Virus record (IMG/VR): IMGVR_UViG_3300028591_000074 | Location: 128,001 to 192,000 of that record | DNA from: a virus | Taxonomy: Duplodnaviria > Caudoviricetes | DNA length: 64,000 nt | Reading direction: 5' to 3' (one strand) | In this document: positions 42,820-53,524 of the stretch, in pieces | Numbering within the stretch: position 1 is the stretch's first letter | Layout of the letters: every line of letters begins with the position of its first letter | The notes under the pieces: generated by a model | The model's database searches: none | The model's input: the letters and a program-made list of their open reading frames with translations, nothing else | What the model was told of the DNA's origin: nothing | Position numbers and translations under genes: made by a program

Positions 42820-42921
42820 TTGTCCTCCATATAAAAAATCTAACCTATATATTATACAAGGTTATTTTGTAAATACAAAAAAGTGGCAGATATAATCTGC
42901 CACTTAAATAGTTATTAATTA

Positions 42922-43737
42922 TTAAATTTGTTGCAATCCTAATTCTTCGAGTGTACAATTACCACCCTGCCGTTCAGGAGCATTACCACCTAGTATTTCC
43001 GCTACATCAAAATCGTCAAGTAATTTATTTACACGTATTGCACCTGTGATTACCCATGGAACTGTATCAGGATTCGGATTTGTTCTATATCGATAATACC
43101 CATTCTTCGGTAATTTTGGAAGTCCAGCTAATGAGTGCTGGTATTTATCAGATCTATATTGGCTACCATCTGGGTTTGTTCTCATATATCCTTGTTCGTA
43201 TGCTTCGTCATTATAATCAATATCCATGACGTAATCGCACTCTGCCCAAATGAAATCATATGGAAAATATGGTGCGTTATTATCAACAACTTGTAAATAC
43301 TCATCAATGTCTTTTACATAGAATATTTTCCCAATGTTTGATTGTTTAGCAACAGAATTTATGAATGTTCTATAAGCATTTACAGTTTTAGATATCTCAG
43401 TAGAATCATCAATATCAACTATTTCCCAACTAAATGAACGATCAAATTGCTTTGCTCTTGGGATGTCACCAAGATGCCATCCAGGTCTATATGCCAAATC
43501 CCCACCGCCAGTAGACTTAACCTTCTTTCTACCAGTTTTTGACAATCCAGCAAATTCACCCTCTTCGGCATCAAGCCATACACCTACTGGTGTATCTTCC
43601 CCACCTGGATTTGCCACCATAGGTGGATACAATTTGCCATTCTTTATGCGAAACACTTTGTAAGCCTTACCTGTAACGGAATTTGAATAATCATTCGTGG
43701 AAATTCCTGACATAATCGGTCTTAAATATCGATACAT
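42922..43737 (-). CDS. Hypothetical protein (LAYRPGWH / YRYRTNPNP domain)
   Basis: Domain resembles ones I recall from phage large polyvalent proteins; late motif at 43772-43784. Confidence 0.45.
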   Translation of the reverse strand: MYRYLRPIMSGISTNDYSNSVTGKAYKVFRIKNGKLYPPMVANPGGEDTPVGVWLDAEEGEFAGLSKTGRKKVKSTGGGDLAYRPGWHLGDIPRAKQFDRSFSWEIVDIDDSTEISKTVNAYRTFINSVAKQSNIGKIFYVKDIDEYLQVVDNNAPYFPYDFIWAECDYVMDIDYNDEAYEQGYMRTNPDGSQYRSDKYQHSLAGLPKLPKNGYYRYRTNPNPDTVPWVITGAIRVNKLLDDFDVAEILGGNAPERQGGNCTLEELGLQQI

Positions 43738-43781
43738 TTTCGCACCTCGCCAAAGTAAAAAAATTATATAGATATACAAGG

Positions 43782-44777
43782 TTACGCAATCTTATGTTCA
43801 GCAAAGAACTTTCCAATATTTGCATCCCGTGTTAAATCAGAATAAATCTGCAACATACTAGCAGAATCCCAGTTTACCATATCTTGAATAATGTCGATAG
43901 GAACATTCTGCTTAATCAGCATAGTAGTAAAATAATGACGGATCGAATGCCAATAGAAATCTTTACCTAAGATTTTTGTAAAATATCTCGCCCATTCATT
44001 CAGAGATTCTATAGATAATGGTTTATTATGAAATTTATAGGAAACAAACATGCAATCGCCACGGATATTATGTTTCTTGTAATCTTCTAGTAGCAAATCA
44101 AGATACGGTTTGAACTGATCTTTTAAAACATATAGATGGATAGGTTTTCCATTTGCCCCTCTACCTTTTGTCTTTATCGGTTCACTGGATTTCCACAAAG
44201 AATCATAAATGATGTTTTCATCTTTGAAATCGGAAATGCGAAACCTGAACAACTCTGATTTTCTTCTTCCGGAATACATCGCAAGGGCAAGAGCAGTTGC
44301 TTGCCGGATCTTATCATTCTTTACAAGATGCTCCAATAATCCATTTAATTCTTCTTCAGTAAATACAGATTTTGTCAGGACCTTACGTTTTGTAGGAGAA
44401 TCAATCTTCTGAATTACATTCTTATATCCAGGATATTCATCATCTAAGATGTTCTCTATATAGTTCGACATAGTAGATAATGAAGATTTCACTGTATGTA
44501 ATCTATTTGAAGACCAATTTAACGTATGTAAGGCATGATCTTGAAACCGGATAAAATCCCTCTTTGTAATTTCTGTAAAATCCTTATTCTGATTATGTAT
44601 CAGATTGTAAACAAAAAATGCTTCGATGTTTTTCTGATATATATGAATTGTAGATGGTGCCCTGTCTATGGATTTAAGGTAGGATAGAAAATCCCTCAGT
44701 AGTAATTTGTTTTCTGATTTTATCATTTTTATAGATTCATCATCTGTTAGAATATTTTTCTGTACTTTTCTTGACAT
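43782..44777 (-). CDS. Tyrosine recombinase/integrase (Xer-like)
   Basis: SGRRKSEL, KTKG, HSIRH, C-terminal catalytic Tyr (QIYSD). Confidence 0.88.
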   Translation of the reverse strand: MSRKVQKNILTDDESIKMIKSENKLLLRDFLSYLKSIDRAPSTIHIYQKNIEAFFVYNLIHNQNKDFTEITKRDFIRFQDHALHTLNWSSNRLHTVKSSLSTMSNYIENILDDEYPGYKNVIQKIDSPTKRKVLTKSVFTEEELNGLLEHLVKNDKIRQATALALAMYSGRRKSELFRFRISDFKDENIIYDSLWKSSEPIKTKGRGANGKPIHLYVLKDQFKPYLDLLLEDYKKHNIRGDCMFVSYKFHNKPLSIESLNEWARYFTKILGKDFYWHSIRHYFTTMLIKQNVPIDIIQDMVNWDSASMLQIYSDLTRDANIGKFFAEHKIA

Positions 44778-45650
44778 AGCATTACCTCCTATTGGATTCT
44801 TGATATTGTAATATCCTTAAATATTATAACGATTTACTACATGAAATTTTGGTAAATACTAAAAATGACAGTTCACCATTTATGATGGACTGTCACAGTA
44901 TCTTTTGATTTATCTTTAAATTTCAAAAGATAATCAAAAGATAAGATATATTATATTATCTCTCATTTATTCTATGATAATAATCATGCTGGAAACTTAA
45001 GGAAAGTTAAATCAATTTACTATCAACTTAGAAAACGCCATGTTTTAGCCATTTTTCATTTTTACCATTCTCATAAAACCCTGTTTTGGAAAGTTACCGG
45101 AAAGTTAAAATAACCATCTCGCCAATTTCCCACAAGTTGTAGGCGATTTGTTCTGTATATAATTGCTGATACATTCAAAAGATAGTCAAAAGTTATTCTG
45201 TTTCAAATATTGATTCAACTTCATCCTTACATCTTCTGCTCGGTTTTCTAATGCGCAATAATCTGGATAAGGTGATTGTAAGATGCTATCAACAATATGA
45301 TTGTACATATCTTTCGGAATATCCATAGACAAAGAATACCTGATACCAGTTTTCTTATATGTTGGATACAATAGATGTTTTCCATAGGCTTCTGGTGTGT
45401 AGTAATCAAAATTGGACTTTATCATAATAGATCTCCATAATGATTTTATGCTGGTTTATTTTCTGTGTATTTTGTGATGATTTTTAATACATCCTCAATT
45501 CTTACAACTCCGTCAATCGTAAGGCTATTTCCGATACAAACCGAGCCTTCCATTTCTAAAATTTCATTTTTAATTTTAGATGATTCCTCTTTGGTCATAT
45601 TTGTACCTCCCCATATATTCATTATATACATTATAACGATTCCAATCAAG

Positions 45651-45686
45651 AAAAAGAACAGCCCACCCTTCCGGATGGACTGCTCT
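45651..45686 (-). terminator. Intrinsic terminator
   Basis: GAGCAGTCCATCC-GGAA-GGGTGGGCTGTTC-TTTTT on the minus strand. Confidence 0.7.
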
Positions 45687-45976
45687 AATTAAGTGGGACA
45701 CCGTGGTCCGCTGGATCCAGCGTGATGCCCTCATTTTTACATTTTCTCCCCCATGAAATAACGGTTTGATGGGGTTTATCCGTTAGAATTCTGTTTATCA
45801 AAATATGCCTTACAAGTGTCATATCTGTAACACTCAATGCAATCATCGTGAACTTTATCTGCAATATAATCACAATCTGTGTCGAATATCATAATATTAT
45901 CCATTGTGCCACCTCAATTATTTGATGTGGTTTTTGTTCTCCCGTTTTGCTCCGTAAATCTCCGCTAACGGGTCGA

Positions 45977-47713
45977 TTATACCTTTTTCGGGTACATTTT
46001 AATAAACTGCGCCATCATTTTTCCCATCTTAACTCCCATCTGACTGTTCCAGTGCAATCCATCGCTTGTGTAGCTTGAAATGTTGATACTGTTCATTCCA
46101 CTGCACCCCCACAAGTCAAGAACAGGAATGCTATATTCTTCGCACATTTCAATAATTACATCACGGTAATCTTTCAATGTGTGTCCGGCGGCGTTGATGC
46201 CAGATATCGGATCGGTTGAATAATTTCGCTTTGTCGGAGTAAAGAAAACAAGTGTTGATGTTGGTTTTCTCGTTGTCAATTCTTCGATAATATGTTTTAC
46301 TGCTCCATAGAATGTGGTCAGATCGGTGTCTGTTTTTACTCCTATGGGGATATTCGAGCCGAAATCATTAGTTCCGCCCATAACGGTAATCAATGTCACC
46401 CCGGCTAAATCAACGGAATCCACACGGACACAAAATGCGGAAGTGTCAGATTCGCTTGCTTTCGCCATTGATGTTCCTGAAACTCCGTAATTGTACAATA
46501 ACGCAAGTTCAAGATTATTTTTCATGGTATTTATATATGTTGCCTGTGCTGTAATGCTATCACCGATGGATGCTCCCATCATTCCTTTATACCATGATGT
46601 TGCATTTATCTTTTCGTTTACAAGTGCTTCGACTTGTTCGATACCTTTGGAATAATCATTGAATATCGTCTGCATCACTGTTCCATCTGCGTAATAATTG
46701 CTTGCTATACCACCCAAGCACCACTTCATATTATTTTCAGCAACATCGGAACGCTGTGAAATATCAACAGAAAATGTATTAGTGCCATCAGACAGAACAA
46801 ATGTCCCGTCCTGATTATTCGTAACGGTCAACTTTGACATATCAAACGAAGGTATTCCGCTTACAGCCGCCCCATCAAATGTATATGTCCCAGAATTAAA
46901 CAAAACAAACTTTCCATAAGATGATCCGGATGCAAGACATAATGCTAATGCCTTGAATGCGCCAGTGTAATAATCCGTATATGCCATTGTAACATATTTG
47001 TTTGTGGAATAATTGCAACTGATTTTATATATTCTATCGAATCGGTAATATCCCCATACTGTTGTCGGTTTCGTGGTCTGTATGACATTCTGCCCACTGA
47101 TATCCATTACAAGATCCACACCACGATATATAATTTTGATTGCTAATCTATTATAATCGACATCAGATTGTACCACATCAATTTCGCCCTGAAGTTTAGT
47201 ATCACACCCTTGAACCATTGCTGCCGGAGACGAATATTCTTTGCCATCAAATCCTGTTTTCATGTCATAAAGCTGGTTTGCGTTTGCCCTAATAGCATCA
47301 CCTGCGGAGTTATAAGTCTGACCATGAACACCAATATGGGTGTCTGCTAATTCTGCATCTCCTGTGGTAGAACCTTCTGGAAGTGCTATAATGTTATCAA
47401 TACGGCTATTTGCAGTTGCAAGACCACTTGTTAAGTTATCAATGTCACTACTAAGATCATCAATCTCACTATCGACATCATCAAACTTCGCATTATAGTC
47501 ATTTGCTACTGTATCGAACTTATCTTTCAAGTCTGTCTGATCATTCAGTGTACCGGAGATAGTTCCCCATGCTACACCATGTTTTGTGATTTCTTCTGTC
47601 AGGTCATCCCCTGTCATGTAATAGGATTCACCGCCACCGACAATGTATGTTTTGTCAGTAGACTCTAAGGTTCTTTTCCGTCTTAATTCGCCTAATTTCT
47701 TATCTTCTGCCAT
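45977..47713 (-). CDS. Tail spike/fibre-like protein with C-terminal SGNH/GDSL esterase
   Basis: WGTISG.L..QTDL and GSTTGDAEL virion motifs, coiled coil; GDSIT, GTND, DGLH catalytic blocks. Confidence 0.8.
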   Translation of the reverse strand: MAEDKKLGELRRKRTLESTDKTYIVGGGESYYMTGDDLTEEITKHGVAWGTISGTLNDQTDLKDKFDTVANDYNAKFDDVDSEIDDLSSDIDNLTSGLATANSRIDNIIALPEGSTTGDAELADTHIGVHGQTYNSAGDAIRANANQLYDMKTGFDGKEYSSPAAMVQGCDTKLQGEIDVVQSDVDYNRLAIKIIYRGVDLVMDISGQNVIQTTKPTTVWGYYRFDRIYKISCNYSTNKYVTMAYTDYYTGAFKALALCLASGSSYGKFVLFNSGTYTFDGAAVSGIPSFDMSKLTVTNNQDGTFVLSDGTNTFSVDISQRSDVAENNMKWCLGGIASNYYADGTVMQTIFNDYSKGIEQVEALVNEKINATSWYKGMMGASIGDSITAQATYINTMKNNLELALLYNYGVSGTSMAKASESDTSAFCVRVDSVDLAGVTLITVMGGTNDFGSNIPIGVKTDTDLTTFYGAVKHIIEELTTRKPTSTLVFFTPTKRNYSTDPISGINAAGHTLKDYRDVIIEMCEEYSIPVLDLWGCSGMNSINISSYTSDGLHWNSQMGVKMGKMMAQFIKMYPKKV

Positions 47714-47734
47714 TGATAAATTACCTCCGTTTTC

Positions 47735-49354
47735 TTATAACAGTAGAAGTCCACCATCTTCTAATAATAGATTTCCACCTTCTTCTAATTCCATATATCT
47801 TACGTATTCATACCAATCTGTTAAATCCGCTGATGTTACATTTAAACCGTCAAACATATCTTCTACATATGGATCCTCGTAATGTACTTTTCCAGTTTGT
47901 GTCCACCAGTAGATGATTTGTTCATTTTCCGATACGGTGAAGTATAAATACAATGGTTCTTCTGTATTAAATATTGTGTAGGGAACTAAACATCCCTGTT
48001 TATATTTCGATTTTACAAAAGATACAGGTCCAGATTTATTTGGAAGTTTCTCCGTTAGTAACTGGTTTAGTGCATTTGGATAATCTGATGTATCTCCTAA
48101 TAATGCATAAGGTATGTTATCATTGAATGGGTAAGTTACCTTTGTTGCAAATTCGGAAACACTACCAATTTGTATTTTCCATACTACCTGTACTACTTGA
48201 TTTACACCAACCTTTAAGACATTTTCCTTTAATATCTTCCGGTTTTCTGGAACATGCATATCCCAGTTTTCCTGATTGGGTGGAACAATACGATATCCAG
48301 CAAGTAGTCCGTTTTCATTACCTGATTGGAATGTTTTCTTAGACCAAAGACCTGCTTCTGTGATGAAGATATAGTCATTGTCTTTCGGTCTAAATTGCTT
48401 TAATGCACCTGTACTTATAATGGAACTAAATACAATGTCTATGGTTTTAGGTACTTCTGCTTCGTATTCTGGAACTACATCCCGGTAGGAAATGTCCATT
48501 CTTGGGAAGGTTGGACTAATCAGTTCCATATTGATTGTAGTATCTAAAGATGGTTGGTAGACATCATCTTCCTGTTCCCATAAATTGGTATCAAATACAC
48601 TTGCCGGAATTGGTGTATCAGAAGTACATTTATATAAAATACCTTTATAGGTTACTTCATCACCAACACGATAATTGGATGTCACATCATAGGAACTCCA
48701 AGGCCAACCTAATCCGAACCATTTTCGGTTATTGTTCTTATCCGCAGAATAACCATCAGCACCATAGCCAGGAACATGTTCCATATATTCAACAAATCGT
48801 GCTTCTTCATTATATTGAAGAAATGCATTTCTTGCTAAATCATAATTTTCCTTCGCACGTTCGACTGCGCGTTTCTTCCTTTGGATTCTATCAGAACATA
48901 TCGTACAATTTGCACATTCTTCGGTTGCAGGCCAATATTTACATTCATTCGACATAGCAACATTGGCTGCATCTAAAACTTCTTTGGCTTCGTTCATTGC
49001 CTGAAGAAGTGCCTGATATTCTGGATCGGATGAGTTTGGAACAGAATCACCAATACCTGCCGGAAGTCCTTCTGAATCTTGATCTTGATTGATAAGTCCC
49101 ATTGTACCGAGGGAAATATATCTTGGTACAAAATTAGACAGCATAGAATAACCAGGATTCAGTCCATGTGTTTCATTTGGAAAGAAATCACCAATCAGAT
49201 GATGTGCTATGCCAAATAACATGGAATTGGTAGCCTGATTATGTCCAATATGTTCTTGAACTACCTTTCCTGTAATTCGATCTATTACCTGTATGGAAAC
49301 ATTTTGCTTAATGCTAAGATGCTTTGCGGCATCTAATATTCCTTGCTTAGTCAT
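47735..49354 (-). CDS. Baseplate/tail-fibre attachment protein with CBM5/12-like insert
   Basis: YRVGDEVTYKGILYKC...W; ITEAGLW; VVWKIQI. Confidence 0.55.
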   Translation of the reverse strand: MTKQGILDAAKHLSIKQNVSIQVIDRITGKVVQEHIGHNQATNSMLFGIAHHLIGDFFPNETHGLNPGYSMLSNFVPRYISLGTMGLINQDQDSEGLPAGIGDSVPNSSDPEYQALLQAMNEAKEVLDAANVAMSNECKYWPATEECANCTICSDRIQRKKRAVERAKENYDLARNAFLQYNEEARFVEYMEHVPGYGADGYSADKNNNRKWFGLGWPWSSYDVTSNYRVGDEVTYKGILYKCTSDTPIPASVFDTNLWEQEDDVYQPSLDTTINMELISPTFPRMDISYRDVVPEYEAEVPKTIDIVFSSIISTGALKQFRPKDNDYIFITEAGLWSKKTFQSGNENGLLAGYRIVPPNQENWDMHVPENRKILKENVLKVGVNQVVQVVWKIQIGSVSEFATKVTYPFNDNIPYALLGDTSDYPNALNQLLTEKLPNKSGPVSFVKSKYKQGCLVPYTIFNTEEPLYLYFTVSENEQIIYWWTQTGKVHYEDPYVEDMFDGLNVTSADLTDWYEYVRYMELEEGGNLLLEDGGLLLL

Positions 49355-49363
49355 TACTACCCC

Positions 49364-49765
49364 CTACGGAATCTCTGTAGTTGTAGATTCTTCATCATGT
49401 ACTGTAATTGTTGTAGTCCTATATGAATTTGTTCCCTTGATCTCTAATGTATATTCTCTTGGTGCAAGTTCTTGATTCAGTTGATTATCCTCATGTTCCG
49501 GTTCATGCGCATCAACACGTCTATGTAAATTTGGATTGGTGAAACCTGTTACAATATCGTTATCATATTCAAATTGATTTAATATATTACCATCGGAATC
49601 TTGAACAACAGATGATTTCTGATAAACAGTAGATGGATACGGCTTATATATCGGTGTTGGTGGATTAGTGAAAGTGTCATATCCTGCAATATATTGTAGA
49701 TTTTCAAAATCAGATCGAGTCCAATGTTTGTCATCACCACTTGTAGTTGTTTGCGTATTTGGCAT
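49364..49765 (-). CDS. Hypothetical structural protein
   Basis: ORF in the tail cluster under a late motif at 49804-49817. Confidence 0.45.
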   Translation of the reverse strand: MPNTQTTTSGDDKHWTRSDFENLQYIAGYDTFTNPPTPIYKPYPSTVYQKSSVVQDSDGNILNQFEYDNDIVTGFTNPNLHRRVDAHEPEHEDNQLNQELAPREYTLEIKGTNSYRTTTITVHDEESTTTEIP

Positions 49766-49971
49766 AAACTTTGAACCCCCTTCTGCATAGTTTTCCCTAT
49801 AAGATTATAAAAGGTTTGGTTAAGCAAAATAGAAAGTAGATACAATGTCAGAAATATTTCTTCACTGTATCCACTTTCTATGTGTTGTTATTTAATTATT
49901 TTTTCTCACTATAGTGTTTGTGTTATGGTAGTTTTGTGTTACTTTTATCTTATGTTTACGATTATTGTTGG

Positions 49972-50808
49972 TTATAAGCAGCACGCGGGTGCAAGGCCAC
50001 GAGCAATGGACGCGAAGCTGTCGACGGCATCCCCGTCGTTATAGACAGCACAGAAGCGACCGGAACCGCTACCACGAGGTGAACGCTCCCACCAGCTATC
50101 GGACACTAAACTACTATTCCATTTCGGTAATTTGTATCTATTTGCTGTGGCATTAGCAAACCAAGCATATTGACTACCTTCACCCGCCTTGCTATAAGTC
50201 ACACTACCAAAAATCTCAATTTCTGATAATAAGAAGCAATAATTACTGTCTGTGTTTATAATAGAACTTTGATTTCCTGCACTAGTTAATTTATCAACAG
50301 GCTTAACTAAATTCTTAAAGTAAGAAGGTAATGCATTATAGAATACATTATTACACCATGTTCTTCTAGCGCATGAAGTCCAACCGCCGACATTAGTATT
50401 ACTACTATTCATGTAACCATGTTCTGTATTAGATGAACCTGTTGTATCAGTAACCGTAGCATCTCTCAAACAATTCTTTAAATCAACCGTAATCAATGCT
50501 TTTGTAATATTACCTACCGGAGTAGTTAAGGTATCATGATCGAAATCTAAAATCTGAAACTCTACTGTCTGTGCTCTATGGCTTTCCCCAACTCCAGTAG
50601 CTTCCATAGCTGCAAGGTCAACACTTCTCGTATCACCCAAATCCCAAACAGACTTAATCTCATCTAAACTTAGTATTCCATTATAATAAGCATTCACCAT
50701 AGCAGTTATTTCATCATTTGTTCCGGTAGCCCATGAAACAAGTGCAGGTTTCTTTGGTTCATATGCCTTACGAGTATAATTTACACCATTATACATGATA
50801 ACGCCCAT
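49972..50808 (-). CDS. DUF6273-type (C-lectin-like) protein with a DGR variable region
   Basis: FLLSEIEIFG...Y..F...WWERSP...GLAPACCL; C-terminal codons nearly all NNY. Confidence 0.75.
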   Translation of the reverse strand: MGVIMYNGVNYTRKAYEPKKPALVSWATGTNDEITAMVNAYYNGILSLDEIKSVWDLGDTRSVDLAAMEATGVGESHRAQTVEFQILDFDHDTLTTPVGNITKALITVDLKNCLRDATVTDTTGSSNTEHGYMNSSNTNVGGWTSCARRTWCNNVFYNALPSYFKNLVKPVDKLTSAGNQSSIINTDSNYCFLLSEIEIFGSVTYSKAGEGSQYAWFANATANRYKLPKWNSSLVSDSWWERSPRGSGSGRFCAVYNDGDAVDSFASIARGLAPACCL

Positions 50809-50830
50809 AATGTTATTCTCTCCTTTATTA

Positions 50831-53419
50831 TTAAACAGATTTTGTGTATCTAAGTACTACATATACTGGGCAAGATACAAAATCATTTCCTACTTGGTAG
50901 TCAAATGATGTTGAATTTACTGCACCTTGGAACCAATCATTTCCTGTCAATCCACCAACCGGAGCCATTTCCTGTGTATAAGATGATCCAACAACAAATG
51001 CTTTTTCTACATAGATCATAGATACATTTGCAATACTATGTGCTACACTTGCCAATGTATCTGCGGAACTTGTAGATGTAAATTGTAATGTTTTTTCGTA
51101 TATCGTCTCACCGTCGATCCATGTTCCCACAACCTGTTCCTCAGTAGAGTAGGTGTGCATATTGGATGCTTCCGGGATCAGGTCAATCAGCGGTTGCTCC
51201 TTTGCAGGGAAGTATTCAATCCCCATCTCTCCAGTACTGCTCTCTATGTGGTTATAACCAAATAGTGATTTGATGGGTAGGTTGGTGGGAGTGACGGATG
51301 AGGTGGTGGGGGTGGCGAGTTCGTAGGCAACCACAGTGTTATATTGACTTATCAATGCCTTGGCGGCGGTTACATCACTGCCAATGGACGTAGGCAGATA
51401 AAACTCAATAGCACCTATATTGTTTCTACCCATCATAGAATACGGATTGTCGTTAATTTTTGTAACGCTAAAAACATTCGATATAAAGTTATCCATGCCG
51501 GGTTTTTTCCCGGTAGGTGGTGTCCAGATAAAATGGCTTGACGCACTGCTAGTTCCGTTGTGACTTAATGTGCCGTCTATCGCCGGATCGGCAACTGCCC
51601 ATTCTTTCCTCACTTCCCCATTCACCACATCCTCACTTCCTCTGTATATAGCAGAGGGGTAGGTGGTGGTGTGGGTGGTGGAGGTGTAGGGTTCGTAGGT
51701 GGTTGGTGTTGTTCCCTTTTCACATTGATGATATTGATATGTATCAGTGGCTCTAAAAATCACATAACCCGTGATGGGTGCTGTGAAAGTTTTTGCTCCA
51801 ATTTCACGGCGTCCATTGTATGTTATTGAACCCAAAGAAGGCATTGACGTGAAAAACCCGCCCACAAATTCTGCTTCGTCTGTTGTTACAGTATATTTTT
51901 GACCGCTTATAACAGGGGCAACACCAAACGAATACCCTGAAGCTGTTACAATTTCACCGTGCCCACTTATATTGACACCTGTTAATACTTCAAAAACAAA
52001 GTTTTTCCCTACCACTGAAATCGTACTTTGAGTGTATGCGTGAATCGGTCGCACATTGTCGGGGGACGGCGTTCCTGTGCCTTCCTGATATCCCTGAATC
52101 GTGGTGGTACACTTGACAAGCGGTGCGTCTGCTCCGTCCTCAAACTCAATCGGGTTGCCGCTTGCAGTCTTGGTCACGTCTGCATCCGGAAGGTCGGAGT
52201 TGTGCCACTTGTCAGAGGTTGGATCATAGAGCAGAGCCTGTCCGTCGGTAGGGTTGGTTATTTCGGTATCGGTCAAACCGGAAAGTGTTCTTATAATTTC
52301 TGAGTTTGTTTTAGAACTACTCCATACAGTATCAACATCCGTATCACTATCGTTGATGATATCTGTTGGATCTACTTCTTCTGCTGCTACCCATTCACCA
52401 TTTACAACTTTAAGGATTTTTCCATCATCTTCTGAATCAACTTCGGGAAGTTCCGCCGGAACATAGTAAATAACACCATCAATAGAAAGTTTTACTAATG
52501 GTTGTTCTGGATCATCTTCTGGATTTGCAGTTACTTCAAGTGCAGGTGCATCATAAATGAAGTAGATTGTTCCATTATGGATTTCTTCATCAGTAAGACT
52601 ATCATAAGTTTTCTGCGAAATTGGCATAAAATGTGCATTACCTACGGAGTAAACATCGTCAAAGATTTTCAGTTTATTCAGTTCAGCAGTAGCATCTTCT
52701 GCTGGATTTGCTTCTACCGGAGTTGCATTTTCCAATTCATATGCAATAGATGTTTCATTCCACTTTGCAGAATCCCAAGTACCTGTTGTACCATCTGTAT
52801 TACACTTATACAGTTTCTTGTTATGAATAACAAGTCTGCCCTCATCATAGGATTCAGATGGATTGTAGGTTTCAGAGATAATAGCAAGTATTGCCTGAAT
52901 ATCTGCGGAAAGTAAATCTACATCACCTTCAATCTCAGACAGAATCTGCGTAATGGTAATCTGATCCCATTTTGCTGGATCAAAGTCACCTGTTACATTA
53001 TCATCGTTGCATTCATATAATACATTGTTGTTGTAAACCCTGTCACCTGTATTGTATTCTTCAGATGAAATGTATTGTGGTGCGATACTGGACATAACTG
53101 CGACAACAAGTTCAAGATCGCCAAGTTCTTGCCAAGCATCTCCATTCCATACAAATTCTTTTCCATCGTAGGCAACAAAATCACCTTCTTTTGCTTCTAC
53201 TTCCTGACCATCAATTACAATCGGATTCGTAGTAGAACCATCGGTAAGTTCGGTAGTTGTTACACCTTTGTAAGTTACACCACCAAGACCTTGTTGTAAG
53301 ATTTCAAGTAGGAGTTCTTCTACTCTTGTCTGTGGTGGATAAAGTTTATTTTCTTCTCCAAGGATATTTTGCAGAATTGCTTCTATCCTTGTCTGCGGAT
53401 CATCATGTCTTTTTCCCAT
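50831..53419 (-). CDS. Tail fibre/receptor-binding protein with CBM5/12-like repeats
   Basis: 862 aa; two Y..G..V.....LY.C...W repeats; GTPSPDN.RPI, TTYEPY, YELATP and YSTEEQVVGTWIDG..IY modules. Confidence 0.75.
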   Translation of the reverse strand: MGKRHDDPQTRIEAILQNILGEENKLYPPQTRVEELLLEILQQGLGGVTYKGVTTTELTDGSTTNPIVIDGQEVEAKEGDFVAYDGKEFVWNGDAWQELGDLELVVAVMSSIAPQYISSEEYNTGDRVYNNNVLYECNDDNVTGDFDPAKWDQITITQILSEIEGDVDLLSADIQAILAIISETYNPSESYDEGRLVIHNKKLYKCNTDGTTGTWDSAKWNETSIAYELENATPVEANPAEDATAELNKLKIFDDVYSVGNAHFMPISQKTYDSLTDEEIHNGTIYFIYDAPALEVTANPEDDPEQPLVKLSIDGVIYYVPAELPEVDSEDDGKILKVVNGEWVAAEEVDPTDIINDSDTDVDTVWSSSKTNSEIIRTLSGLTDTEITNPTDGQALLYDPTSDKWHNSDLPDADVTKTASGNPIEFEDGADAPLVKCTTTIQGYQEGTGTPSPDNVRPIHAYTQSTISVVGKNFVFEVLTGVNISGHGEIVTASGYSFGVAPVISGQKYTVTTDEAEFVGGFFTSMPSLGSITYNGRREIGAKTFTAPITGYVIFRATDTYQYHQCEKGTTPTTYEPYTSTTHTTTYPSAIYRGSEDVVNGEVRKEWAVADPAIDGTLSHNGTSSASSHFIWTPPTGKKPGMDNFISNVFSVTKINDNPYSMMGRNNIGAIEFYLPTSIGSDVTAAKALISQYNTVVAYELATPTTSSVTPTNLPIKSLFGYNHIESSTGEMGIEYFPAKEQPLIDLIPEASNMHTYSTEEQVVGTWIDGETIYEKTLQFTSTSSADTLASVAHSIANVSMIYVEKAFVVGSSYTQEMAPVGGLTGNDWFQGAVNSTSFDYQVGNDFVSCPVYVVLRYTKSV

Positions 53420-53524
53420 AATTCACCTCGTTATGATATGTTTTATAAAATTATATAAGGTGTGGAATAAAAAATGTAGGGCAGATATAATTAGATTACA
53501 TCCACCCTACGGACATAGAAGGAA

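Noticed and set aside
45650-45760. GC-rich stretch resembling a tRNA
   Set aside because: No T-loop or cloverleaf; partly explained by a terminator hairpin. No tRNA or rRNA was recognised in the window.
49807-49816. 10-nt match to the fused guide (ATAAAAGGTT) at a late-promoter motif
   Set aside because: AT-rich 10-mer with 5' flank ATT rather than TTR; chance-level unless the PAM turns out different.
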